Assembly (NCBI RefSeq): GCF_009914755.1
Contig: NC_060931.1
Direction: 5' to 3' (one strand)
DNA: 64,000 bases
Source: the human T2T-CHM13v2.0 reference genome, Homo sapiens
Shown here: positions 30,618-43,038 of the stretch, piece after piece
Position numbering within the stretch: position 1 is the first letter of the stretch
Layout of the letters: each line of letters opens with the position of its first letter
Translations under genes and position numbers: made by a program
Notes under the pieces: generated by a model
The model's input: the letters and a program-made list of their open reading frames with translations, nothing else
Database searches by the model: none
What the model was told of the DNA's origin: nothing

Positions 30618-31126
30618 TGTATTAGTCAGGGTTCTCTAGAGGGACAGAACTAATAATTAAACTAAATAATTAAACTAATTGTTTAATTTATATATATATC
30701 ATATATATATGACATATATATGATATATATATAAAGTGGAGTTTATTAAGGAGTATTAACTGACACAATCACAAAGTCCCACAATAGGCTCTCTGCAAGC
30801 TGAGGAGCAAGGAAGCCAGTCTGAATCCCAAAGCTAAAGAACTTGAAGTCAGGTGTTCAAGGGCAGGTAGCATCCAGCACAGGAGAAAGATGTAGGCTGG
30901 GAAGCTAAGCCAGTCTAGCCTTTTCACCTTCTTCTGCCTGCTTTTTAATCTGCCTGCACTGGCAGCTGACTAGATTGTGCCCGCCCAGATTAAAGATGGG
31001 TCTGCCTTTTTCAGCCCACTGACTCAAGTGTTAATCTCCTTTGGCAACACCCTCACAGACACACTCAGGATCAATACTTTGCATCCTTCAATCCAATCAA
31101 GTTGACATTCAGTATTAGCCATCACA
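30618..31126 (-). mobile_element. MLT2A (HERV-L) solo LTR
   Basis: TGTATTAGTCAGGGTTCTCTAGAGGGACAGAAC...CCATCACA; TSD GTACC at 30613-30617 and 31127-31131; internal (TA)n. Confidence 0.9.
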
Positions 31127-32711
31127 GTACCTAAATTATATTTATAAAATACAAAAAATCAGCAAATTATATAGACTAAATACAATATGAAAATATTCAC
31201 CATGACTATACATAATGAAATAGATTTATGTATAGAATTACCACAGACATAGCAGCCGAGAATAGATACACATATATCAAGCCCATGCCTACATAGAGTG
31301 ATATGATTTTCTGAAAGAGAAACAAAAATTATTGGTTAATGGTCTTCCTTTTATTTATATGCATTATTGTAAAAAGTGTATATAATAACCAAGAAAAATA
31401 TTTTGTTTCTATGTAAAATGAAGTGAGTTTCAAGGTTCAAAGAACTATAAATATGGCTTTTGCATATGTGGAAGCCTGGCATATCTGACAGTCATGCTGA
31501 ATGTGTCACATTTCATCTTATGCTGCAGGATCCCAGAAAATGCAAGATATCTGACATTCCTTATCCATACCCACAAAAATTATGGAATACTGTTATAAAC
31601 AAGCTGACATATTTTCATGAGGGCCCCTAGGGGGCAGTATTGCCCCCATTGAGAACCAGGGATCTATGGATGGGATACAACTCAGAAATACTTCCCCCAC
31701 TCCCACCCTCTTCCTGCCTTTTATTGGACCTTAGATACTCTGATGGTAGTGCAGGATGGAGGAAGAAGTGAAAGGGCAAACATCTCCTTAACTAGGGTAT
31801 GCTTTCCCCCAGGCTGGCTGTAATAGCAGTCTTAGCTTGTTTGTCTATAGATCTTCACTCTTCCCCTTAAATTTTGACTAAAGTTGGGGTGGGGATGTTT
31901 GGCAATAGGGATAATAATCTGACCTAGTCTCTTAGGACTTTTTTGTGGAGAAGTGGACCAACCTGAAAGCTTAGAATATGAGGGGCAGCTTTAGTGCTAT
32001 TTGTCATCAACTCCGGACTTTCTATGTAATTCTGGGGTATGAAGAAAGAAATCCACTCCTTTACACTAGTTTGAGAGAGACGTGCTGGAATGAAAAACAC
32101 CTCAGTTCAGACATGCTGGAATGAAAAACAAACACCTGTATTGTAACCTCAGCTCCACTGCCTCTCATTGTTTAATTTAGGGCATTCAAACTCCCTGGAA
32201 TGCCTTTGCCTCATCTGCAAAATGGAATAGGGAGTAAAGTAGATGATATTAAATTTGAATTATTTGAACCATTGACTTCAATATAACACTAAACATTTGG
32301 AATCTCCATGCAGACAATATTCACTGTTCTTCTTTGTGTCCTTGAAATAAGTGAAAATTTTGGTCCTCTTTTTTTCTCATATAAGACCTGTGCCATCAAA
32401 TTTGGTAAGAATTCTAGAATCTTCTAATAATATGTTTGCCCTAAATAAAGTGTTTTAAATGTTTAATATTATTGAGCATGGTGAATCACAGCATTTTAGA
32501 GTTAAGAAATCATTTATTGATAAAATGAAGTTAGAAAAATTGGATGTTTTTCTATGTTTAGGTAAATGCATATGACATAGGTTAGGTGACTTTGTCAATA
32601 CTTCCTGATCTCTTCTATATACCAAACAATATACAGAACAATAGAAAGTAATGAGGACGTAAAAGTCATGCAAGGTATGATCTCCCTTGTAAAGGCTCTA
32701 AAAATTCACTG

Positions 32712-33130
32712 TGTCTTCGGTTGGGTTTGCTAGAAGCAAAGCCTAAGACAGGAATTATCGGGTAAGAAAGTTTTCCAGGGCAAGCTCTCAGGAGAAACTG
32801 CTAGAGGAGTAAGGCTAGGGCAAGAGGAGAAGTTAGTCAAAAGTGGTTTCAGAAGTCTAGCATCATTCTAAACCCATGGAAAGGCTCTGGAAGTTTCTCA
32901 GTTACAACAAAGTTTTTCAGCCCAGAAGCAAGGGGGCTGGGCTGATAGGACCCCACATTAGCCAGCCTTTTGCTCCAAGTCAACCTCAGGGGTCAGATGG
33001 GAGCATAATCTCCCAGGCATCATCAGGAAAAGTGTTGCCCATCAGACAAGAGCCAACCTGAGCAAAAGGTTTGCCCTTGACAGTCAACACCTGCAGCTGC
33101 TGCGGACTAGGTATCTTACCCTGGAAAAAA
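32712..33130. mobile_element. Old ERVL-type LTR remnant (LTR33/LTR16-like)
   Basis: TGTCTTCGGTTGGGTTTGCTAGAAGCAAAGCCTAAGACA start resembles this group. Confidence 0.4.
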
Positions 33131-34009
33131 AGGAGAGCTGGGCAGTAACATCTGGAATGCATGATATTAAAGGAGCCAAATTATGTACGCATGATCTCCT
33201 TTAAGTGTATCAGTAATATCACCTATCTTCTTTAGAGCACCTATAAGATCACATACATTATATGGCAAGGGCCATATAAGAAAGTACAGTTTGAAATTCT
33301 GGAAGCACAACAAAGTGAATAACACCAGCTAACACGTGCAAGTGCTTGCTATGTACTACACGCCATTACAAAGTCCTTACCTATGTTACCCCCATTTAAT
33401 ACTCTCAAAAAATCTACAGGGTAGGTAATATTATTGCCCCTATTTCCCTGTAAACTAAGGCACAGGCAGGTCAAGTAATTTGGTCAGTGTCACATGGCTA
33501 GCAAGTACCAGTAAACGATTATTTTGTTGGTAAGTATATGAGAGGGCTTCCTGGAATAGAGAAAATGAAATTCTAAACCCAACACAAGATCTACTAAATT
33601 AGAATCTCTAAGGTTGGACTCATAACTTTAACGAGTTTCCTAAAGTGATTTCTGCACACACTGGAGTGTGAAGAGCCATTACCTAAAGGAATTAAAAGTT
33701 TTCCAAAATGAAGAAAAATTGTGCAAAGAACAATGTCAAAAGGTAAAAATGATCATCAAAAATACTTAATGAAGTTTTATATTTAGTCTAAAAGACTGGG
33801 AAGGAAGATGAGGATAAAATTTGGGTTCCCAAATGCAAAACAGGCTTATACAGGAAGAAATAACCTTTGTATAGTCATAGTGTTTCTTAAAGAACAGAAT
33901 AGCAAAAATAAAAACATAGGACACATTGGGCTCAAGTACCCACAGTGTGTTATTTTCTACCTCTATGTTGGCCTATGTAGACATTTGTCCCTTAAAATTA
34001 TCTTAAACT

Positions 34010-34238
34010 TGAGACCATCCTGGCCAACACGGTGAAACTCCACCTCTACTAAAAATAAAAAAATTAGCTGGGCGTGGTGGCATGCACCTGTGGTCCCAGC
34101 TACTCAGGAGGCTGAGGCAGAAGAATCGCTAGAACCCAGGAGGCGGAGGTTGCAGTGAGCTGAGATCGCGCCACTTCAGTCCAGCCTGGAGACAGAGCGA
34201 AATTCCTACTCAAAAAAAAAAAAAAAAAAAAAAAAAAA
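34010..34238 (+). mobile_element. 5'-truncated Alu
   Basis: Starts at GAGACCATCCTGGCC; long A tail; TSD ending TCTTAAACT. Confidence 0.93.
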
Positions 34239-35079
34239 TTCTTAAACTACTACTTATCCGGAGAAGAACAAGGTATTTTAAGACTGGGAAGGGAAAGAAT
34301 CTTCCTTCAATGGTTTTGGAAATGAAAACACCATTTAAATTCAAGGAAATAAGTTAATTGCTGATAGATTATTAGCAGAGTATTTTCATGTAGATGTACA
34401 ATGTTATTTTGTTCTCTGAAATAGTATGTGATCTATATACACTTACTTTTATAATAATACTTCATTACAAAAATTGGACTAGGGAGAAGGAGGAGACACT
34501 ATAGGTACAATGCCATTTGGCTAAACTGAAATCTTTCCCAGGCAATTTCATAGGACTATCACCAGCTATTGAGCCTTCTTCCCCATTACTCACTGGTCTA
34601 ATTGGGGAGAAGAGGAATTGCAAAGAGGGCAGAAGAAAGAGTCTGTTCTAGTAGGAGGTTATTGGTAGATCAGACTTGCTATGTCCCCTTTAGCCTGCTA
34701 AATTTTCTCATCATTGTTACCAGATTCATTGTGACAGTTACAGGCAAATTTCATGTGTTGTTGGAAAAACACTCACAAGTAATACGCTAGTTTATTTCTG
34801 ATTAATAAGACTGTTTACTATATTTCCATTCTACGGGTACACATTTAAACAATCCATTATTTATAATGAAATTATAGTGATACTTTTTATATGGTTCCCT
34901 TTTAATACCAGGTTAAATACTCTAGAGATTTAGGGAATTAATGGACCGTCATCCAAATGACCTCAAATTAAGTTAAATGACATAAAACATAGGTGGAGGG
35001 TTTTGGAATTGAAAGTAAGGATTGGAAACCCCAAATTTTACACTATACAAAAGACCAGGGGCAAGGAGGCGCTTTAAGT

Positions 35080-35200
35080 ATTTTAGATTATATACTGACA
35101 AAACTCACCCCTCCCAACAAACCTGCTGAACAGGTGTTTGGAGTCAAATGCTTGACTTAATCATATTAGTGAAGATTAGGAAGAAGCTTTAAAATCCCAA
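35080..35200 (+). promoter_or_regulatory. GNGT1: Rod-photoreceptor-type proximal promoter of GNGT1
   Basis: CRX/OTX-type TAATC/GATTA at 35086-35090, 35158-35162 and 35174-35179; NRL/MAF half-site TGCTGA at 35124-35129; TTTAAAA TATA-like at 35188-35194. Confidence 0.65.
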
Positions 35201-35295
35201 GGCTAGTGTGCATTGCTAGAATTGTTAAGAGAGAGAGCTCATATGAAATTGGTTATCGTGGGATATTTAAAATAAAACAAAGAACAGTTTACTTT
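35200..35295 (+). other. GNGT1: GNGT1 non-coding 5' exon (start approximate) followed by a ~91-94 nt intron
   Basis: Strong donor TTT|GTAAGT at 35296; branch-like GCTAAC at about 35366; CAGCAG acceptor at 35384-35389. Confidence 0.6.
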
Positions 35296-35397
35296 GTAAG
35301 TTAAGAGCTGAGGGAATTGTTGGCTAAGACTGACTTGAAATAACTCCAGCAATTCATGCATAGCTGCTAACCTTCTACATCTTCAGCAGGCAAAAAG

Positions 35398-35493
35398 ATG
35401 CCAGTAATCAATATTGAGGACCTGACAGAAAAGGACAAATTGAAGATGGAAGTTGACCAGCTCAAGAAAGAAGTGACACTGGAAAGAATGCTA
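35398..35493 (+). CDS. GNGT1: GNGT1 first coding exon (MPVINIEDLTEKDKLKMEVDQLKKEVTLERML), rod transducin gamma
   Basis: 32 codons then |GTAAGT, phase 0; typical G-gamma N-terminus. Confidence 0.98.
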
Positions 35494-35762
35494 GTAAGTT
35501 GCTGCTTTCTTTAGTATTTTATTTTAAGCTAGAGATACTGTGGGAGTACCAGGTTAGAAAACATTGGCTGGAAAGGCTCAATGTAGTTACAAATAAATTG
35601 TTCATCTAAAAATTTATCAAAGATTAAGAAAATTGATAATCATAACTATCTCTTGATTTAGATTCTAAATCAAGGAGGTTGGCAAACCATTTTCCTCTGG
35701 CCAAGCCCAATCCTTAGCCTCTTTTTGTATGACCACAAAGATAAGAATGCTTTTTCATTTTT

Positions 35763-35874
35763 AAAGAGAAGGGAAGAAAGAAAGAAAGAGAGAAAGAAGA
35801 GAGAGAGAAAGAAAGGGAAAAAGAAGGAAAGAAAGAAATAAAAGAGAAAGAAAAGAAAAAGAGAAAAAGGAGAA
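35763..35874 (+). repeat. GA-rich simple repeat in the GNGT1 intron
   Basis: About 110 nt of purines with a single T. Confidence 0.9.
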
Positions 35875-36934
35875 TATGAGACAAAAACCATATTTTAGAT
35901 AAGCAATAAAATAAATATACGCATGCAATAATATAGGCATTTTGTTTTTACTTTTCTAAACTTCTTTTTATAATGCAATATTTTGATATTGATATTTTGA
36001 TACAATGTTTTGATATTGCTGCAATACTTTAAGCTATGATGTCAACCCCTCTCCACTGTCATGGTCAGTAATACATAAGTACATTCTACTCTTCTTTGGC
36101 AAATAAAGATGAGTTCAAACATAAGAACTCACTGGTTCCTCCTACAAACTTCTGACAAATCTTGGAAAGGGTTACCAACAGTTCACTGCCATTAGAAGGA
36201 GAAGAAATGGCAAAGGAATAAACCACCAAACAAACAGTGATGAAAGCTTGGAGAATGTAGATATGTATTTTAGATCACTTCATTTTAGGAAAGTTATTAA
36301 CAGTAGAACAAAACCTCCACAAGTGGTAACAGCAATCTCATAATTTTAAAACATCTCATTTTATCAGGACAAAGTAAAAAAGGATCTTGTGTTATCTTCA
36401 TACTTTGTTCAAAATGCCTGCTCCCAGTCAAAACTGGGATTTTGGGCTTCGTCTATGTTTATAATAATCTCAAACTCCCCTGTTGCCCTTTCTATACAGG
36501 CAAAACGTTTTGCTGTAAAGATAAAATTAAATCATTACTAAGGCTTAGAACATACACCAGACAAGTTAAAGTCCTTATTTTTACAATTCAGGGTAAATAA
36601 AATGAACTTTTAGGATAAAGAAAAGTTTTCTCTTCTTAAGTTGAAATATCCAAAAGCTGTTTTATTATTTATGTACTCAGGATTATTGTTTTGTAGGCAA
36701 GGTGATTGTCTTCGTGTTTATTATTCACTTGTGGTAAGTTCACCTTGGACTTTTTATTTTGGGTAAACATCGCATACATCATCATTAATCAGGCTTTGGG
36801 GTTCCTTTTCCCCATTATTCAATGTCTCTCTGCTCTTGGAAGTCAAACCAATTTAATATCAGACTGCAAAAACTCCATATACATACACACACAAACACAC
36901 ATGCATATAGATACACATACATATACATGTACCC

Positions 36935-37252
36935 TCTTAGTCTCCTCAGGGTGCTGTACCAGAGTATCATAGACTGGTGACTTTTAACCAACAGAAATGT
37001 ATTTCTCACAGCTCTGGAAGCTGGGGCATCCAAGATCAAGACATCAGCAGATTCAGCGTCTGGCGAGGGCCTGCTCCCTCCTTCATGAACACCTGTCTTT
37101 TCATTTTGTCCTCACCTGGTGATAGGGATGACGAAGCTCTCTGGGGTCTCTTTTATAAGGACGGTAATCCTATTTATGAGAACTCTGTCTTCATGACCTA
37201 ATTACCTACCAAAAACCCCACCGAGGGAGTTAGGAGTTCAACAAATGAATTT
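36935..37252 (-). mobile_element. MLT1A-like MaLR LTR
   Basis: CAACAGAAATGTATTTCTCACAGCTCTGGAAGCTGG...TCCAAGATCAAG. Confidence 0.75.
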
Positions 37253-39435
37253 ATATAGTGTGTAGAAATATGTATGTAATATATAGAAATATTATTTCTC
37301 TATAAAATATATAATAATATGTTATATTATATATAAAATGGAACTTCCAGGTCCTGAGCCCCTAGCTCTGATGTATAATCAGTACAGTATGGTTAAGTGG
37401 ATATACTCAGTATGGGTAAGTGGTTAAGTGGATAATCAGTACAGTATGGTTAATTGGATATACTCTGAAACCATATTCCCAGCTCAGATTCTTGCTCCAC
37501 AACAAATTTTTGCCTGTGCAACCCTCATCTATGTTATCTAACTCACCTGTGCCTCTGTTTCTTCAAAATAGCGATAGTAATAGCATTTAATTCAGAGGAT
37601 AATTGGGAGGAATAAACAAGATAATATACGCAAAGCTCTGAGAACAATGCCTGGTAATAGCAAGTGCTTTATGTCATTATATTATTATTATCTTAAAATT
37701 ATTATTGATTCTATGAACCAGACTGATTCATATTATTGTGATTTTTTTTGAGTACGACAAGTCTTTGCATCCAGTTTCTGAAGCTGATAGATTTGCAATG
37801 ACTATAAGTCAATGTAATAGGCCATGACTAAAGACAACCTTTGTAGTAATAGCTAAAAATAGTTACTATTTGATTGTGCATCTTCTTGTGCCAGGCACCT
37901 CTTAGGCATTTAAGGCAACCAATGCAGCTATTCATATTTTATACATGAAGTAAATGAACCTTAGATGAATTACCTTAACTAAGACTAAATAGCTAGTAAA
38001 TGAGAAGAGTCTTGCAATCCTATGTTAAACTACATATATTTATATTAAGCATCACTGAAATAATTTTTAAACCTATACACATATATAATTTTAGGTAATT
38101 TGTTGCTCCTTTCATTCTCATATCCTCAGATCCCAGCCAGGCACCTTCAAAACCAATCCCTTATGGACTACTGAATTAAGGACAGCAAGTTACACCTCTG
38201 TTCCTGTCATCTGGGTGAAGCCAAAAGTAGTGACTTTTAGAGAGAGAGTGTGGGACCACTGAGGAAGAGGGAAAAAAGTGAATCTAAATTAATGCATATT
38301 TCAAAAGTTATGTGAATCTGCAAGTATCATCCTTTGAAGGAAGAAACTAACCTGACAAATGCTTCCTGGCTCCAGTTGAAAATAATTTGTTTTACTATGT
38401 AATTAATGAGTCTGCATAGTTATAAAATAATCTTAAGTCTTATATCAAATGTTCCTTGGAATTTACATAAAAGCGGACTAAAGATTTCATTTGAAAAAAA
38501 AAAAACAGTAAATTGGTTAAATGACTTATGGAATGGCCACTTAATAGACTGACAAAAATAAAGTAGCTTAGTGTTACTGTCATGAAAGATACACTAACTG
38601 AAAACAAACAAGTTGAAGCTAAAAGAGTTTGAATAATTTGATTTCGTGTGTATGTATATATATGTATATTTATATATGTATAGAACATCACCTCTCTCTA
38701 CAAGGAATGTTAAGTGGTACCTTAACAGGCTATAGCTGAAGCCATTAAAATATTAAGGCCTGATTTTTTACTAAATCATTAAACAATAATGGTGCAGATA
38801 AGTGAAGAGCAAACTCAAAAACATCATGAATAATTCAGTCCAGCAAATTATTCACTGAGCTCTAAAGAACACAGCCTCTGTTCTAGATGGCTGGGATACA
38901 CTGAACAAATCAGCCAAAGGTCCCTGACCCCTTGAAGCTCACCTAGTGCACCACCATGCTCAATCATTGTAGATGAGTGTAAAGAAAAATTACATGTGTA
39001 TACTTCTGAGAATTTAGGGATGGTGATAAGCCAGGAATTTAATAATTATTCATTCTCCTCCACCTTTACTAGTCACATTTTTGGGATGAGGAAAAAGATT
39101 TAATCAATATGAACTCTGGTGACACCCTTGACTTCTGTTGCCAGCTGTGTTGTGAACCCTGGGTCTTGTCTCCTTTGATGTTGGAGGCAGTGTCTGCTGG
39201 GAATCTTTAGCTGGAGTGTGGCCAGCTGTTTTTCCTTTGTCTGGAGATATATCCAGAAGGAGTGGGAAGGGTGCAACTTTCTTCTTTCCTACAAAGTAAA
39301 TATGCATTGGTGTAAAGTAGAGAGAATCAAACTGAAATTATACAACCTGAAAATTTATTGTAATAAATAAATTCCTGGCATCTGGAGTATTCTGTTTTAA
39401 ACCAAATGAGTCATCCCTTTTTCCTTCCCCTTAAG

Positions 39436-39564
39436 GTTTCCAAATGTTGTGAAGAAGTAAGAGATTACGTTGAAGAACGATCTGGCGAGGATCCACTGGT
39501 AAAGGGCATCCCAGAGGACAAAAATCCCTTCAAGGAGCTCAAAGGAGGCTGTGTGATTTCATAA
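39436..39564 (+). CDS. GNGT1: GNGT1 last exon coding part (VSKCCEEVRDYVEERSGEDPLVKGIPEDKNPFKELKGGCVIS*)
   Basis: Pyrimidine tract plus AAG| acceptor; DPL and NPF motifs; CAAX CVIS; 74 aa in total. Confidence 0.98.
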   Translation, partial: VSKCCEEVRDYVEERSGEDPLVKGIPEDKNPFKELKGGCVIS

Positions 39565-39699
39565 TACAAACAAAAAGAAAAAAAATTAAACAAATTCTTG
39601 GAAATATCTCAAATGTTAATAACAATATGAATTTTTCTCATGCATACTATTACTACTAAGCATGTACGTGAATTTTTAAATGTATAGATGTAAACTTTT

Positions 39700-39784
39700 A
39701 ATAAAAATTGGGGTGTGGTAACCCATCATTCTATGTTTTTCTTAACATAGCTGGCACAGGGTTTAACACATAATTGCCAATAAA
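39700..39784 (+). terminator. GNGT1: GNGT1 polyadenylation signals
   Basis: AATAAA at 39700-39705 and 39779-39784. Confidence 0.75.
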
Positions 39785-41818
39785 TATTGCTTAAAGTTCT
39801 TTAAAAAGAACTATGTTTTATAAATGATTCTATATTATTCTGAGTTGTCAGCATATATTTACTGTTTTATGTTTTCTCACTTCCCTTTCAACACTTACAA
39901 TTTTCTACCCAGAAATTGTATGGTTAAGTTTCTATTTTGTTTCCCAAACTTTCTCTTGGTTAAGGAATTAGGAAGCTTATTTTTCTGATATGCAGTTCAA
40001 CTGTCTTGTGACTTTTCCCCAGAATGCCAACTGGGTTGAGGGTTCAGTCTGTGGTCACGGAGCACGGTGAATTTAACCAGCAGCAGAATCACGGTTATAA
40101 GCATGCACTTAGGAGCCAGACAGTTCTGGCTCTGCCACTTTACTGCCCAACTCACTTTGGATAAGCTACTTAATTCTTTCTAAATTTGTTTCTCCTAGCA
40201 TAGGATGAAGACAATAATGGTTATATCTTCTGTTTTGTGTAGGGGTTAAGTAATACACTAATGCAACTATAACACTCAGCATATTACCTGGTCCATGGTA
40301 AGATACAATAAGTGTTAACTAGTATTATTACTGAGAAAGGATCTAGACAAAATTTCCAAAATCCTTTAAGATACATGATGTTTTACCCTATCCTCATAAG
40401 ACTCTCAACACCACAGTCTTTTCTTTAACAAGGTGAGCACACATGAGAGAGAAATCTCCATCACCTACATCAGGTCCTTCTGGCATCCTATTGAGTTTAC
40501 ATGAGTCACATTTCACTACCATTGTGTTAATGACTAAGAGAAAACTTGCCTCTGCTTCTGTAACAAATGACAAGTTGTAATTACCTAAACCAGAAACCTC
40601 TTTTGTGGTCAGTGTTTTCTTGTTGCTGTCTCACATTTACAGTGCTATTTTGTATACTTCAGTGATCAGAATACTCAGAAATACTAATTGATTGTCACAC
40701 TTTAAAAAAAAACATTAAAATTATCTATTATTTGGTCTGGAAGGGAGTCTGAAAGTTGTACCAAAGTTTGGCTTCTAGCACAATGCCCTCCCACTCTGAT
40801 CATCATAAATGCTCAACAAATATCTGTTGACTCTTGTCTAAACTCTTCATTTTGAAATGGAGAAAATAAAGTTTCAGAGAAGTCACCTGACAAATTTCTT
40901 CAGTCAAGACTCTGGGCTTCTGGCTGAACAGTCAGCAACATACCCCACCACGTGTCTTCATCAAATATGCTCTGAGTATTAAGGGATTCTGGGATTAGTT
41001 ACTGAATGTCTTATCTATTTTTCCTCAAGAAAAGCTTTTTATCCTCCTATTTAAGTTTACAAAACCCTCTCCATACAGTCCTCCCAACCTCCACCAAGCA
41101 ATTCCTGTCTCTCTCTCGCACTCTATTTTCCTCCGTAGCACCGTCACCATCCAATATAAAATGTTTATATTGGATAATTCAGAATTCTTATTGACTTAAT
41201 TCATGATTAAATCACCAGTAGGGGACAATTCCTGTTGCTTAAAACACAGATTGTCAGCAGGTTTTGAGTAAGAGAGAAATCACAGGAAGGAAGTATAGAG
41301 AAAGATGGTCCAGGAAGAAGGAAATGAAATCATGACTGTCCCACAGGCTACAGAGCTGTAACTGTCAGTGACTTTGGTTTGTTCAGAATTTGTTATTTCA
41401 GGACTGGGATAACTAGGTTAAAGAAAATGAAGTAAGACTACAAGGCAACAAAAACCACTCCCACACAACCTTAACATGTGACTCTTTAACAAAATTTTCT
41501 GGTGTCATTAATGAGAATGAGTTATTATAGATACTACAATATATCATTTGAGCTACTTGGACTTTAAACATATTTTGCACACATAGATGAGTGTAAGCTT
41601 TAGTAAGAAAAAGAAAAAAGAAAAGAAAACACCTCACTGTTGTTTTAATTTGTACTGGTTTTATTTTAGCCAAATTTTAAAACCAAGCTAATATCAATCT
41701 TCCTAAATTACTAAAATATGAGTTAACATGAGGAAAATAGTAAACTGAGTAATGAGAATGATCAATTATGTATGATGGGAGTTAAAGTCTTACAGAAAAA
41801 AATGGTGAGGGAAATCTG

Positions 41819-42099
41819 TTTTTTTATTTTTTATTTTATTTTATTCTTTTGAGACAAGAGTCTCACTCTCTCACGCAGGCTGGAGTGCAGCGGTACGATC
41901 TTGACTCACTTGCAACCTCTGCCTCCCTGGTTCAAGTAATTCAGTCCCACCACGCCCGGCTAACTCTTTTTGTATTTTTAGTAAAGAAGAGGTTTTGCCA
42001 TGTTGGCCAGGCTGGTCTCAAACTCCTAACCTCAAGTGATCCTCCCGCCTCGACCTCCCAAAGTACTGATATTACAGGCCTGAGCCACCACTCCTGACC
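41819..42099 (-). mobile_element. AluS with internal deletion (duplication copy 1)
   Basis: Lacks the CCTGCCTCAGCCTCC...ACAGG block. Confidence 0.9.
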
Positions 42100-42211
42100 G
42101 GAGAAATCATTCTGATACCATGAATTATAAGTAGTTGCTAAGATACTCAGAGCATCAGACACAGTTCATCTTTTGACTTGGCATTCTCTTCATCTAGAAA
42201 AGGAATCTTAG

Positions 42212-42476
42212 GGTCAGGTGCAGTGGCTCATGCCTGTAATCTCAGCACTTTGGGAGGCCTAAATGGGAGGATCACCTGAGATCAGCAGTTCGAGACCAGC
42301 CTGGCCAACATGGTGAACCCTGTCTCTACCAAAACAAAAACAAACTTAAATATACAAAATTAGCTGGGCATGGTGGCGTGTGCCTCTAATTCCAGCTACT
42401 CAGGAGGCTGAGGCAGGAGAATCACTTGAACCCAGAAGGTGGAGGATGGAGGTTGCAGTGAGTGGAGATCACGCCT
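42212..42476 (+). mobile_element. AluS truncated at the duplication breakpoint (no tail, no 3' TSD)
   Basis: Ends at GAGATCACGCCTTG then switches to the start of the duplicated unit. Confidence 0.92.
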
Positions 42477-42913
42477 TGTATATACTTCTGAGAATTTAGG
42501 GATGATGATAAGCCTGGAATTTAATAATTATTCTCTTCCACCTTTACGAGTCACATTTTTGGAATGAGGAAAAAGATTTAATCAGTATGAAATCTGATGA
42601 CATTCTTGACTTCCGTTGCCAGTTGTGTTCTGATTCCTGGGTCTTGTCTCCTTTGATGTTGGAGGCAGTGTCTACGGGGAATCTTTAGCTGGAGCATGGC
42701 CAGCTGTTTTTCCTTTGTCTGGAGATATATCCAGAAGGAGTGGGAAGGGTGCAACTTTCTTCTTTCCTACAAAGTACGTATGCATTGGTGGAAAGCAGAG
42801 AGAATCAAACTGAAATTATACGACCTGAAAACTTATTGCAGTAAATAAATTCTTGGCATCTGGAGTATTCTGTTTTAAACCAAATGAGTCATCCGTTTTT
42901 CCTTCCCCTTAAG

Positions 42914-43038
42914 GTATCCAAATGTTGTGAAGAAGAGATTACGTTGAAGAATGATCTGGCAAGGATCCACTAGTAAAGGGCATCCCAGAGGACAAAAATC
43001 CCTTCAAGGAGCTCAAAGGAGGCTGTGTGATTTCAAAA
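42914..43038 (+). pseudogene. Duplicated, frameshifted copy of the GNGT1 last exon
   Basis: Versus 39436-39564: 4-nt deletion, CGA>TGA at 42952, TAA>AAA at 43036 and 3 other substitutions; acceptor and AATAAA (43176-43181) retained. Confidence 0.93.

Noticed and set aside
32078-32130. Simple ~31-bp tandem duplication (similar ones at about 53255-53305 and 60834-60876)
   Set aside because: Ordinary slippage with no sign of function
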